Made by a program: the position numbers and the translations under genes
Notes under the pieces: model-generated
Databases searched by the model: none
Seen by the model: the letters and a program-made list of their open reading frames with translations, nothing else
What the model was told of the DNA's origin: nothing
NCBI RefSeq assembly: GCF_964204645.1
Contig: NC_134026.1
Coordinates: 12,361,950 to 12,425,949 of the forward strand
Length of the DNA stretch: 64,000 nucleotides
Origin: Tubulanus polymorphus
Taxonomy: Eukaryota > Animalia > Nemertea
Reading direction: 5' to 3'
In this document: positions 11,191 to 24,876 of the stretch, piece after piece
Numbering within the stretch: position 1 is the stretch's first letter
Layout of the letters: every line of letters starts with the position of its first letter

Positions 11191-14098
11191 AAAGGCTCTT
11201 TTACTGTGCAACAGAGCATATATTCATTCAAATCATTCATTAAAGCATTATCCATTCTCCAAACTCTACGTAGCTGAATTTTGAAAGAGGGTTTGTTAAA
11301 ATTTATATGAGCTTTTTCGCGAATATCTGATCACAAAAAATATTGGTTTTGAAAAGCAAATCAGAAAGCAGACTCCTCTATGATTGGCTTAGCCGCAGAA
11401 ATCAGCAGGTGTTCACGTGAACCAGCGGTATCGTCTAGCGATTTACTTCCGGGTTTTATTTTAAGATCTAAAATTGTATTTCAAGATCGATTTCTGTGAA
11501 AGCTTTAGTTGATTTGGTTTTTAGGAGGAATATTTTTATTAGCACTACAGAAAATATCATTGACCATTGTGCGGGAAAAATAGCTTTTTCTTAAATCGGA
11601 TAGATGACCTTGATATGCTAATTAGCCATGTGCTCAAACTACAAATTCAATCAAATTTTATTCCACAAAAAATATAAAATTCAATTTCACTTTATTGAAC
11701 AAATAAAAATATCAAATCCAATTCAATTTTGTTTTATTGAGCAAATTTTAGAAAATTCAATTCTATTCCGCATTAAAATCAATAAGACCAAGGGGAAAGA
11801 TTTATCTAAGGTATTTGTTCCTGCCAGATCCAGTCGCTGTCTTTGCTACTTTTGTATTGTACGATTGTATTGTGTAAATTATTAGGTATTGACTCTGAGC
11901 TTGGAGTGTATTTTGACAAATTTAACCCACAGAATGAATCATCATTTGCCATTTTATGAAAAGCTGATAGGCTGGCCATAGTGCCCCATGTCTCCATGCC
12001 TACCAACTGACATTTGGTGTGTAGGCATGGAAACATATTGTTAAACTTTCAAATCATGGTGTCACTTTTCTCTATTTCACCCCTTTCAATGAAAACTTTT
12101 TGGCGATCTTTCAATACAGTAAATAATGGATTAAAATGCAATGTTTCGGTCAACTGCTGGTCCTTCCTGGTCCTAATAAGACCTGTATCAGGTATGTACC
12201 ACAAAAACTGACTGAGCTAGGCTACCTGAAATGCTCTCAAGTCAAGTTGAAATAGACATTAGTTATAGTGTTACAGGTGCATTCCCATCATATCAATCAT
12301 CGAACATTAAGTTACTGAAACGTACACACCTGGAGTGCATGGTCTCAAATTTCTGTACGGCAGTATCAATGTTGACATCTTTGTCATAGTGAATGTGCCT
12401 AAGAGCAAGATAAGACAACCTTTGCTGGCCCATGCTTGCTCGCATATAGTTATGTAGGGGCCTGATTACACTTGCACTCCTTTCACATTCATTTGACGTG
12501 ACCGGCAGCATACACGCGATCTGTAAGAGTATGAAGATATTTGGATATTCCAATTGCTTACAAATTTTGATAGCCTTTGCACACGAATCTGGGCGGTCAC
12601 TAGCAGCAAGCTTCCGGAATTTAACACGTCATGAAAACAACTCGGACTCTATCAGCTCTGGGGACGGTAAGTCACATTTGTACATTTCAATAGCATCTTT
12701 CAGATCGGAGTACTGGAGATTTTTCCGATCATCACGGAAGGCACTAAACCTAGAAGGTTACCGCTTTCATTGACAGTTTAGAAAACTGAGATAGCTCATT
12801 GATTACATGGTCGATTAATGGTATCGCCAAGTTTTTCTAAAGTATTCTTCGAAAGATTGCGCAGGAATATTATCTCTGTGTCGTTGGCGTGCATTTATGC
12901 GTGGTCCTGCTGGCGAAAACCCAACCGATTCAGCCATTCTGACACTCAGGTCGTATATCTTCTTGAAGTTTGAATCTACTTGCGTAATTCATCATACATG
13001 GACTTGGTATCATTAATCATTGAATATGCTTCTACTATATCAAGTGTGATTTCTTTTGTAGGAGAACGGTGATGCATGCTAGATGGGATAATGTCTGGTA
13101 TATAGTCAGGAACGTGATAATGAACTGGTACTGCATGATTGCCCTGATTAGTGATGAAGTTATCAGTATCCCAGCCATACAGCAGGTCTTCGTCATAGCC
13201 TTTATCTTTGTCGATGTTGCGTCCTGATTCAATGATTTCGAGACATGTCACTATGTAGGTGTATGCTTGGTAGAAGTGCCTATAGGAATTGTGCCGGGCT
13301 GCCCACATGTCCATGTCTTGCACACGTCCAACAATGCTAACACTGCACTTTAACACTGCTGCACTATTAAGTAACACAATGTTACTTAATAGTGCAGTTC
13401 TCTTTGGGCTGTTTCTAAAGAACAAGGATACTTCTGTCAACTTATCTAACATGTTTTGGACCATAGGTAATTTGCAGCTGTGCGCGATTACAAGGTCCAA
13501 TGCGTGACATGCACAATGGGTGTATACAGCCAGTGGAGCATGGTCCCTGATTCGTTTCTGCACACCAACACGTGAACTTGACATATTAGATGCCCCATCA
13601 TACGCCTGACCACGAATGTTTTTGATTTCTAGACCATAGGACTCTATCTGATTAACAATTGCATTGCCAATGTATTGTCCAGTGGTTCGCTGCAGTCGCA
13701 CAGTGTCAAGAAACTCTTCTCGAATGCTCAACTCACAATCAACGAATCGCACGCAAAGGGGCATCTGTTCTGAATTATAACGCAGTCTCAAATGTTTTGT
13801 GACTTTCTCAAAATGTATCAAAAATTTAGCTAATTTTTAGTTCATAAGTCCTCAAATATTCATAAATGAACAGTTAAAAATTGTTGAAACATGTCGATTC
13901 TGCCGTAAAATCAACCTATTAACAGCCCGGAATTTGGGATAATATTGGGCTTTGGAGAACATAATGCCCCCGTGGTCTTCACATTTACAGAAAAGATTAC
14001 GTAAGTGATTCACGCGCAGCGCGTGATAGGCGCACAATAGAAATCTGAGCCGCGCGTTCTTTGAGTGTCACCAATTAAGAGGACCGCTATTGTGAAAA

Positions 14099-14400
14099 TT
14101 GACATTGGGAGGAATATTCCTCCCAATGTCAATCGATGGAAACTTGACCAAGGGGTCCGATATTTTAACAATTGACTTTGGGAGGAATATTCCTCCCAAG
14201 GTCAAACGAAGAGAATTTGACCTTCAGGTCTGATATTCAAAGTATCGACTTCGAGAGGAATGTTCCTCCCTATGTCAAACGAAGGAAAATGGACCTGGTC
14301 TGATATTCGAAATATTGTCATATGTCAACTGAAGGAAAATGAACCCGAGTCTTAGGTTCAAAGTATATTGATTTAGGGAGGAATTTTTCTTCCCACCACT
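14099..14400. repeat. Tandem array (~73-bp period) of a 34-bp palindrome
   Basis: ttgacattgggaggaatattcctcccaatgtcaa at 14099; variants at ~14172, ~14245, ~14368. Confidence 0.85.
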
Positions 14401-16351
14401 AAACGCTATAACCTGAATTTTTAGAAAGATAGGTATTGGTGTTTTGGGTGTAATTAGTTTTTTTAAAGCCATAAAGCCTGGTAGATTTATGAATTTCGAG
14501 TGATACGATACACAGTGTTCGAGGTAATGAGACGGTATGAGACATACATACAATTTTAGAAAACTAAATCGATTTGGTATTTTCTTTGTCTAACAGTAAA
14601 TTGCTATAACTTTGTTGACAATCAATTGTAATCAGATTGTAATCAGGCGCTTCTCGATAAACATGTAGAGGGGCTTGTTATTGTCAGCTTGCTTGTATAC
14701 CAAGCTTCGCTAACATAAACGATGATGTTGCCCTTTTTACTGAAATCTTGACGTATCAAACCATAGATAAATAAAACTGAAAAAAATTGCTACAATCGTT
14801 TTTTTCGCATGAGGGAATCTATCTTGATTCGAAAGGCACTTGTTGACGTGTGGGGAAAAATTGAAAATTTTCACAGAAAACCTTTTAAAACGATTCCAGT
14901 TATTTTGGACTTAATTTTGCAATACAAACGAAAACATGCCAGCCGCAGCAAATCATAAGCTCTTTAATGGGTATTCTTAGGGGATTTTTACTGGGGAATT
15001 TCGACCATTACCGTGTAGACGAGCCGGTAACAAAAACCTTTGGAAACAACAAATTATTCGCTTGTATGAATTTACGCCACTTTTGATAGAATAAGATTTT
15101 TTTCAAATATTTCAATCATGGAGATGGCGGGTTGTCTGAGCCCGAGGCGCACGGTCAATAGTAGTTATATAGAAACAACAAACATAATGCATTTTCCTTA
15201 AAAGTGTTTCATCTATAGAAGAGATTTAATACAACTTGTCAACAGTTCAATTTCTATAATGCGATGACATATGTATGAAAATATGTTTTCTGTTTGTTTT
15301 ACGCGTGATACCGGGGGATAACACCTTCGCCCAAACGTTCTACACACGCATGATACCATTTAATGAATCCGAAATATCTTACCAGGGGATTTTTTTTGAA
15401 CGGATGAAGGTATTTTGAAGGAGATATTCTGGGGGATTTTAATTGTCATAAATAGCTACGGTAGATACTTTTCTCATTGATTATTCGCTACGATACTTAT
15501 TACATATCACACAAATCCGCGTATACACTAGAATCAATACTGTTAGCAAAAATCAATAAGAATCGCAATTTGCTCATTTTGTAATATTTTTGAAATCGTC
15601 CAATTTTATTGCAGAGATTCCCCGATATAGCACGAGTAATGAAACAGATATCACGTTTAAACGTAGATTTTTCTTTTATTTTGAAATCCATAGAGCAAAC
15701 ATTGGAACCTAATGTTATTGGACATAAAAAGCTCCCGACCCTCCCTGCATTTATACATCAAGAAATCCAACTCGACTATAATAGGCTCTAACGTCACTGA
15801 GTCATTACGTTAATTGTGAGGTGTTTTTACATAATAGTTTCATGAGGAATTCATATGGTGGGATCATAATCGGGAAAGATCTGACTTAAACACTTTATCG
15901 CCTTAGGGAGTTTGAGCTTCTCGATAAAATTCCCCCAAAATAATTCAAAATCGCCCTATCCAATATCTAAAGGCCATTCAAAGCAATATATTTTGTCAAT
16001 TCTTTTTGAATTTATTCATAATTAATAACATATTCTTAATAGTAATGATTTTATTATTAGGAATCTGATCTAATATATTTCTAGTTGTAAAACGTAGCTG
16101 TCGGATTTACGAGCAATTATCTCATTAATGAGATAATCGCTCGTAGGTCGGATGGATGGACGTATTGGTGTGTACCGGTTTACAGTGTCTTTAATCAAAG
16201 ATTCCATTTGATATCTGTCATTTTTCTATGAAAGAGTACAAATAGAAATATAAACCCCTATACAGGGTACAAAGCAGAAGTTAAAACTAGGGCAATGGCT
16301 AATTTGCAAACATAAAGGGAAAGATTTCTCTCAACAATCATGACCCACATA

Positions 16352-16676
16352 AGCCGCGATCACACGGAGACGATTTGGCCCGGGCCAAATTAGCACCGAC
16401 CAGGCTCGGGCCAAATTTGGTAATTAGAGTGTGCGTTCACACGCAAACAATTCACTCTATACTAAACAATGCTCAAACAAAGTGAAGTGGATCATTTACG
16501 GTGCTAGTTGCAATTCAAACGCAGTCATTTGTCTGGTGCTCGGGCCTGGTCCTACGTTTTTTGTCGGGCAAAATTTGGCACCCGGGCAAACAGGCTCGGG
16601 CCCATTTGGCACCCGTGTGAACAGTTGTTCCGGCCCAAATTTGGCCCTGGCCAAAAATACACGTGTGATCGCGGCT
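16352..16676. mobile_element. PIF/Harbinger-like MITE
   Basis: TIR agccgcgatcacacg / cgtgtgatcgcggct, 3-bp ATA on both sides, internal ggcccgggccaaatt-type motifs; a degenerate related copy follows at ~16680-16960. Confidence 0.7.
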
Positions 16677-19600
16677 ATAGAGACGATTTGTCGGGGCTAA
16701 ATTGGCTCGAATCAGGTCCGACTTGAATTTTACGTATGGCCTACCAAAGAGCGCGAATATTTTCATGTTCAAATACATTTCACATTCAAATTCAAACCCA
16801 TTCATTCGTTACTAAACAATGCTTAAACCATGGAATCTAAAACGAGTCCATACTTAAACCAAACGAAGTGATTGTCTTCCAGAACCAGTTTAAATCAACA
16901 CGCTTAATTTGACTGGTCCGTCGTTTTTGGTCGGGCAATTAGGCACGGGTCCATTTTGCGCCCATTACTGTTTTTTTTTCGCCAGATCTCTCCGTCCCTA
17001 CACCTTTTAACTTGATTTTTATCATCCACGTATTTAAATTTCGATTCTCTCAGCTTGTGTTAATTTTATACTCATGCAAAGCACACTGATTACAATTTGC
17101 AGCAGTGCGCTATATAATGAAGTAAGTAATATTGATTGTTAATATCAATATCAAGTGTGAATTTGCAGTTGTAAAATAATTGATTTGATTAACAGTATAA
17201 TTTGATCTAGACCTCCCAGCGTCAATCAATGAAGAAAAAATTTAACTAGTCAAAGACTCAAGATCAAGTCAATTGGTGACACTCAAAGAACGCTCGGCTC
17301 AGATTTCTATTGTGCGCCTATCGCGCGCTGCGCGTGAATCACTTACGTAATCTTTTCTGTAAATGTGAAGACCTCGGGGGCATTATGTTCTCTAAAGCCT
17401 AATATTATCCCAAATTCCGGACTGTTAATAGGTTGATTTTACGGCCGAGTCGACATGTTTCAACAATTTTTAACTGTTCATTTATGAATATTTGAGGACT
17501 TATGAACTAAAAATTAGTTAAATTTTTGATACATTTTGAGAAAGTCACAAAACATTTGAGACTGCGTTGTATCATTTCATTTTGCGTGCGTGGTGATATA
17601 TACTGCGCTTTCTTATTTGAAGGAGCGATAAGATGTCTTGCCAGTACCGGGTCTTTTTTACTACATAGCTTGAGCAGCGCAAGGAAGTTACCTGGGTTGC
17701 CAGGGGTATTAACATTTTCTCTATCACCTCTTAGCGCAATACATTGCCGACCACAATACAATGTCTGTTCATCGTACAAGTATTCTACTGTTGTTTCTGC
17801 CTTCTCAACAGATGTCATAAAGGCCTGGGCTTTGGCAACACAGGCTAGATGAAAGTCCTTACTAAAATGACCTTTCTTGGTTTTGGTACCTATCATAACA
17901 CTCACCCTTTCTTTACCCACTTAGTGAATGGACGATTCATCAAAATACCTTTGTTGTTACGGTCAGTGGCAAACAAGGCACATGCTATGCAGAATCCACC
18001 ATCTAGTAGCTTACTGTACACTAACCAAGGATATTTCCCAAGCCACTTGGTTTTAAATGAACGATTGCATCCTTCACTATAAACTATAGGAAATTCAAAG
18101 TCATCACTCGGACGAAAATGGTTCGCTAACAAGAGGTACTTCTGTCCGTTATTTAACTTATCAATCACAGACTTGATCTCAGCAGTCGTCTTGAGGGCAT
18201 TGATGTACACACCAATATCATCTGAAGAACAAGGGACTATCTAAAAATTTTGTCTTTATATCCAACCATGATTAAATCATTTATCAAAATCAAGATATTA
18301 ACTTCATCATAAATAGTTTCTAATCAGACAACTCACTATGGTATTCTTATTTTGCTTCAGGCACCGAAACCGGATTAACTTCTATATGACTTGAAACTGA
18401 TGGCTCTGATGTTGGTGCAGCAATGTTATCATTCAACAGTGGAGTTGATTGAAGAACTGATCTTTTATCATTGTCCCCTAGCGTTATTGTAGATGAATAG
18501 GAGGATGTTCTGCTACTCTCACCAATTTCCAAGGCTGGCGATAACGACGAGGATTGATCTATGTTTTCTGACCTCGTTGCACTGTTACTTTCATCATCTA
18601 CCATAGATTGAGGCAATGGTTCAGACGATAGGTTCCGATCTCCATTATAGTCAGCGATGACACAAGCAAGAGTTGTTGGTTCTGTTGTTCTAAGAAAAGA
18701 AAATAAATGGAAGAAAAATGAAAGAATCTTGTTTTATATAATTTATACATTGATTCTCAAATAAAAATGTTGACTTTAGTGGTCCCTTATCATTTATTGG
18801 TATGAAAAATGGCAATACTGTACACATATGTAATACAATGTAAGATGTGGAATGTGGCTTTAAAAAAAATATTGTGGCGTAAAAATTATTTTTAAATCCT
18901 CTTGCCTATTGACAGGCCTAGTGAAAAGAAGCACTTCACATTTAAAACGGCAACCACTAGCTGGAAAGCGCAATAAAGTTTTGTGGAACAAAGGCTTAGG
19001 GATCAATGAGAAATTCAGCAAAATAAATTTAGTATAACACAACAAGCCTCAGTTAGGCATTTGATGATGAAGATTATTGGCAAATCCTCTCACCTATGTA
19101 GGCCTAGTAAAAAATGGTATCTAGCAAAAGGGACAATTGCAAAAGGGGCGATCATTGTCAGAGTAAAAGCGTTTCATCATCGCCGCAAGACTAAGAGGAA
19201 TAGGCACAGACTAACAACGGTTTGTTGCCGATCGAATCGACCGGGTATTTAAACCTAACACTTACCCAAAAAATCCACTGATTTTGCGAAACTTTGATGT
19301 ATGCTGGTTTAAAATAGTCTGCTTTTGTGTCATAACGCTTTCTTGACGGCATTTTAATCGATTTCGGTTGACAATTTGAAAAAAGGCACTTTCACAAAAG
19401 GGGGGTTCGTCCGAACCCCTCGAACCCCCTATGTACGGGCCTGGTGATAAATATACATCGGAATCTGCAGTGTGTAGTCGTTATTTTATTACCTCCATCG
19501 TGGATCAAACATCATGTTTCGCTTTAAGGAACCAGAAAGACACCTGATCAGCGTAAATTCAAAGTGAGGGTTTCCAGGAAACAAATAATGAAACCGAAGT

Positions 19601-21364
19601 CTAAAATGGATATCGTACCTTGTTTCTCCGAAGCGACCGGGTCATTTTGTAAATTCCAATAGAATGTTTGATCATGGTCATTTCTATAGCTGCCGGGTCT
19701 GTTATTGTATGCCTGATCATGATTTAAAAAAATCAATGTACAGGGCAGATAGGCGCCCGGCCGGGTCAACATTTTCAACATTTAAGCTCAGCAGAGTGGA
19801 GTAACAATGTATCATTTTTAGCCTAAACACTGCAGGATATGTTTTTAAGCACACTTCGTTCTCTAACACGTAATTTATTAATCGGTGGCTTCAAGTTGTA
19901 TATGAGGAAGCGTAGATCATTCTCCCCTGGCAGGTATTTGTACCTGATGACATCGCCAAACTCGGCCACGGCTTAAAACCCTGCCACACTAGACCGGGTG
20001 CGTATGTTGAAGCCAGCTCCAAGAGTCCGCTGCTGTTGCGAAAAAATTACAATTTCGTTTCGCATATGTATTTCATACCTTAGCAGGACATGCGAAAGAA
20101 TGGAGAATGGCCATTTCGTTTCGTAGTTTAGCATATCGATACGTATTTCGTTTCTTACTTTAGCATTTCGCTTCATATTTCGTAATTCCGTCGATTCATC
20201 ACAAACACAACTTTTGCCTGTAAAAAGGGATATATCTTACATCCTTACTTGTTGATAACTCAGTTCTTATTCCCTATTTTACCTGTGTACCGTATAACAT
20301 CTAGGCCATTTGTTGACGGGTACTAGTCGCGGTAAATTGTGACATTAAAGATCAAGTGTAGCCAACAATAGCTTTTATTAGCATTTGGTTGACGTCTATG
20401 ACGTCATGCCAATGCTAGTAAAATGGATCGACAATAGTAGTACGAAAAAATAGCGCCGACTCTTCTCATTTTCATAGTAACTTCAAATTGTCACTCCGTC
20501 GTTCACGTAAAACATTAGAAACAGCTGAAAATGACTAAAAAAATGATTCAATTATTCCCCCACAACATAGCGTCGCCAGATTTCTGATTTAATGGTCCAA
20601 AAAGTTATTCGATCGCATTTTTCTCGTTCATTATCTGGTTGATGAGAGCGGGTTAAACAATCGCGTAGCGATATTTCCGCAATGACATTGGCAGTAAAGA
20701 ATAGGGAACACCCTCTCCTGAATAGAAAAACATAAAATTATGTAACTCCGGTTTATAAATATTACAGTGTTTGGATATCTCTGTTATTCCAACTATCAGT
20801 ATCCATGGGATTATTTGGGATTAATTCTCAGCGTCAGAATACGTATTTCTAGAGCAGTGGAACGGCAGCCTACTCGTGACTGAAACCTGTATGTGATCGT
20901 GCGGGAACGCCTTTACTAAAGTTAAAACCATTTCATGATGACACGAAACATCAAACGGTAAACGGTAGGCTACCACCATGATAGGATATCACCAATAAAG
21001 ATAGATCATTTTATTCAATTTTACCAGAGTTGTTTATTGGAGGAAAATATCATTGTTAAGTACGCCGAGAACAACCATATTGTATCATCAATCAGTTGAC
21101 TGACATCGTAAAATTCGATTCGGCTTTATTGTAATATAAGCATTCACTTTAGGACGCCCTACCCGCCTGCTGCGCACTCACAAGGCGGTAGCACCCTCTT
21201 ACGCACTCCGCAGATATTCGCTTTGTAATGCGCGCCGGGAAAAAATACCTTTTATTATCTTTCCATGCGTTAAACAACAGTGATTGAATTTACGCGTTAT
21301 TTGTCGTAAATTGCAATATTGCGATGGTTATTTGCCGCTGTGTAGTTTTTTGGAATTGAATCGA

Positions 21365-21590
21365 GCGGCCTCGGTAGCTCAGTGAGATAAGGCGTGATGC
21401 TGTTGAATCCACTATCAATGCTGAGTGACAAGTGGGTTCGAGTCCTGCTGGCTGCGAACAGTGTGCGGGCAACACTTCAAAGGCCGTACCGTCGTGAGGT
21501 TAAATGAACAATCCAATAGGAATAGTCTTGGGAAACCAAGATCTAAACGACGTACGTAAAGCCAAACAAACAAAAAGACAAACAAACAAT
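21365..21590 (+). mobile_element. tRNA-derived SINE (tRNA-Ser-like head)
   Basis: A box TAGCTCAGTGAG (21375), B box GGTTCGAGTCC (21435), acceptor-like GCGGCC/GGCTGC, AAGGCG...TTGAATCCA similar to tRNA-Ser; ~100-bp body; (CAAA)n tail at 21563-21590. Confidence 0.75.
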
Positions 21591-22147
21591 CATCAGCCGG
21601 CCTCAGTGACAACAACGCCGGCATCGCTCTCTGCGACGTTTTGCATGCGTACATGCATCAGAGCTTGGAGCTCAGAGGGTCTTGCAATTGCATTCAGAAA
21701 AATCGTTCTGTTTTTGTTTTCATTATTCAGTGGGGCCTAACAGTTCATGCGTAAAATGGGTTTTGTATCCAAATCTTGATTGATATAAATATCTTGGCTG
21801 GGACATAATGGAAAACATCAGAATAAACTAGTTTCGTCTTTTTAACAGAATCGCATTAATGAGGTTTAACAGTACAAATAGCCTAGGCTAAATCGTTCGG
21901 CAGAAAATAAATTCATTTTCAGGAATAAAATCGTACTAGACAAATAGACCTTTATGTCTGTGGTCCTCCCAATCAACATCGTCATAGAAGATTTGCCGGC
22001 AGATGTAAAACGTTATAACCACTTAATACCACAGTATAATCTACCAATGCTTTAAGGCCCATGGGCCTCTTGTTTTTAACGGTATTTGTTTTCAGAACAA
22101 TAACCCTTTTTGCTTAGCTGAAATGACTGATGGATTACTGAAATATA

Positions 22148-23016
22148 AGACCACACAAAGAAATATCCTTTAGTTTCTTAAGAAAGTCAAATGCCACCCA
22201 CGTCACGAAAAGACTCCCTAATAAAGATAAGAAAATGACAAAGCGCTCGCCCGCTTCGGCAAAGTATCAATCGTCTTAATAAAAATCAAAACCCGCTCGC
22301 CCACATAGCTATATAGTGTAAGACAGTGGCTTTTTTCTGCGGGCATTTATATGCTCATCAACCACGTTTTGACAGTGCCCGTGAAGCGAGATACGGACAG
22401 TGTCCGTGAAGCGAGATGCACTAATGTTTGCAAAGCAACCCTCAATATTGCCAGTTCACTGGGGTGAACACTCTGACGGTGAAAATGCAACGCGAAAATT
22501 CTTTGACACATTCTAGGTGATTTTTAGTCTCCAACGTCTTTTTCAGTCGAGCAGTCCTTCCTTCTCTAAAATTGCCGAAAAAGTCATTCTTAGTATTTCT
22601 TTCTGTCCTGGCCTTACTACCTGTAAGAACCCCTGAACTGGAAACCCTGTACTGGTAATATCCACATTTGCGGCGACAGCGAAAGGTTCGTTTCATTTTA
22701 CTTCATTTTGAGGAAGCGTAAAAATAGCAAATATGATTGTCTCAATTCCAATTAAATAAGTCGATATAGTTTGATTTTATAGGTTTTGGGGAGCTAATTA
22801 ATTCTAAATAAAGTTTTTACATATACTTGCATTACTGGTATTTGTTTGGCATTAGTAAAAAAATTTTCATCTCGCGTCTGTTCTATAAGTCCCAGGTTGA
22901 GCTTTTAATTTGAACTTTTTTTATCTAAAAAAGGAATAAACATAAAACTCAGCCGCCCTCGTCACTTTTCAGAAAAGATTCTGATGAGAAACTAGGGTAT
23001 TTCTTTGTGTGGGCTG
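22148..23016. mobile_element. MITE, family copy 2 (inverted relative to 398-1670)
   Basis: agaccacacaaagaaatatc...tagtttcttaagaaagtcaaatgcc and gagaaactagggtatttctttgtgtgggct match the two ends of copy 1. Confidence 0.7.
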
Positions 23017-24876
23017 ACGATTGAAAGTGTAAAATTGAAGGAATTTTTACATCGCTTAGTTCATCTGACTCCCATGTAGATGGCGCCATTTCAAGCTATT
23101 CAAGGTATTGTCCCCATTTATGATGTGCTTTTAACGTAATGAAGAAACTGTGTCCAGTGAGTGACCGAAGGTTTTGGAATATTTGGTAAAATCCTCGGGA
23201 AAATGGTGGAATTTGCGGTATTTGGGCGATGGTTTCAAGTAAAGATTATGACTACCTGCAGAGTCATAGCCGCGGCCAGGATCAAGTGTTGACGATTTTA
23301 ACGAGATGCCCGCAAAATAAATATGGGGAAACTTAGCACGTCATTATCAAACCATTGTCATTATAATTTACAATTTGTCATATGGACTGGTTTTTTGAAT
23401 TTTTTGACACGTGCGAAAAATTCAGATAATTTTGATTGGGAAAATCAAACCGTTTACCGGACACAAAAACGGCCTAGCGGAATGCCTTCACGAAGAATAT
23501 GGCAACAAATAAATACCGGGGGGAGCTGCACTAACACGTATGTACGGCGCTAGAGTTAGTTCTCATTCCGATAAGCAACAATCTTATGAAGACTTCTGCA
23601 AAAAGTCCCAAACCATTTTCATCTTCTTAATTCAACAAACAGTGGGGGTTATCAGAAAATGCTAGAAATTTCGATGTGAAAAGATATCTGACCTGGCGCT
23701 TTAAGCACGAGACTTGCTTGCTTAAACAAAACTGGTGCCCTTTATGGCGGCGAATTCGATTCCTCACCCGAGTCAAGCATGACCTACAGCGTCGATGTTT
23801 GCCGAACTGCCGCAATGATTAGAGAAGAAAAATAGATAAAGTCCGTTCAGAAATTTATTCGGAAGGTATTAGACGGGGCGGCTAGCCACCCTATTCGCCC
23901 TCCTTATTCCGCCCCTCAACAGTGTCAGTTTGGCATCTTTGCAACCGATCCACATACAAGATGATCCGATTGAAGTCAAAAATTGTATCGTAGATTCTGG
24001 AAATTTCTACAAAATTCACATAAACCAGTAATACGCAAATTTGTGGTAAGCTTGCTTTTATGGTGATAATTCACCTTGTCAGTAAAAGCTTAAATAATAC
24101 TTCTGAAAATGCTAATATAACCGAGTTCTATTCCAAGCCACATATATCCAGCTCGCACTATCCTCGGTTGAATATATCGAAGCAGCCCAGCATATCTTTT
24201 AGTTAGTTTATGCACTGTTTTATCCATCTCCTATTTTTTAATTTAGTAAAATATGAGATGAAATTCCTAATTTATTACTAATTGGACCTGTTGAGTCTAA
24301 TAGAGTTGAATCCATGTCCATGCATTATTCAGACTGTTAATACGTTTTTTTCCATGTGAATATGGATTCTTTTTTGTATTTTGATAACCACATACATTTT
24401 CGAAATGGAGTAAAGAAGTGTTGCAAAAATGTTGATATGTCTTTGAAGTCAACATGTTAAAGCGACGTCGGCCTATACGTACCTAGCAAAAAATCGGATT
24501 AAATTCAACGTGGTATTTTGACGTCACATCAACGTTGGAAACATCTGCACGCAACTGCCACCTGGTGATTGTTAAGTGAAAGACTCGTACCTTCGTTATC
24601 CCTAAAGCTATTCTGACTAAATTTGGCATCGTATTATGTATGTAGACCTAAAGTTTTAAATGAATTTTTTGTTGTCAGTTGATTGCCACGCCTTTCGATT
24701 TACTTCCCGAATCAGATAAAACCAGCAAAGCATTCCAAGGAAAGACAACATTTAGAATAAAGTGTTTGATATTTCAGCATCTTTTTTATCTTTTCTGCAA
24801 GCTTATAAACAAAATCATTCACGGAACTGTTTGAAATGAGGCTAGCACACAATCCCATGAAGATTTAATCATATTT

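Larger units (their letters stand above)
13778..17569. mobile_element. Non-autonomous DNA transposon with ~300-bp TIRs, TA-flanked (Tc1/mariner-like ends)
   Basis: 13778-14076 is a near-identical reverse complement of 17271-17569; TA on both sides; no transposase recognised inside. Confidence 0.9.
12293..19443 (-). mobile_element. Degenerate hAT transposon (ZMYM1/PRKRIR-like transposase), interrupted by a nested element
   Basis: TTF-type Zn finger (FKTKWLGKYPWLVYS...FCIACALF), DUF4371-like region (GRQCIALRGD...NPGNFLALL...YISPRTQNEMI), EQMPLCVRFVD, RGQAYDGASNMS, HCACHALDL, dimerisation domain (LPVTSNECERSAS...MGQQRL); 5' TIR-like end gtacgggcctg at 19443; apparent GT-AG introns near 18242-18335 and 18690-19266. 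The other TIR was not found. Confidence 0.9.

Noticed and set aside
12976-13821. 281-aa intact protein
   Set aside because: It is chimeric: the N-terminus comes from the nested TIR (same peptide as ORF 17526), and the rest is frameshifted hAT transposase.
14099-14400. CRISPR array
   Set aside because: The linkers are homologous to each other (ttgacc...gtc.gatatt), there are no cas genes, and the context is a eukaryotic transposon.
21365-21456. Functional tRNA gene
   Set aside because: The anticodon arm does not pair properly, no poly-T terminator follows, and it runs into a SINE body and tail.
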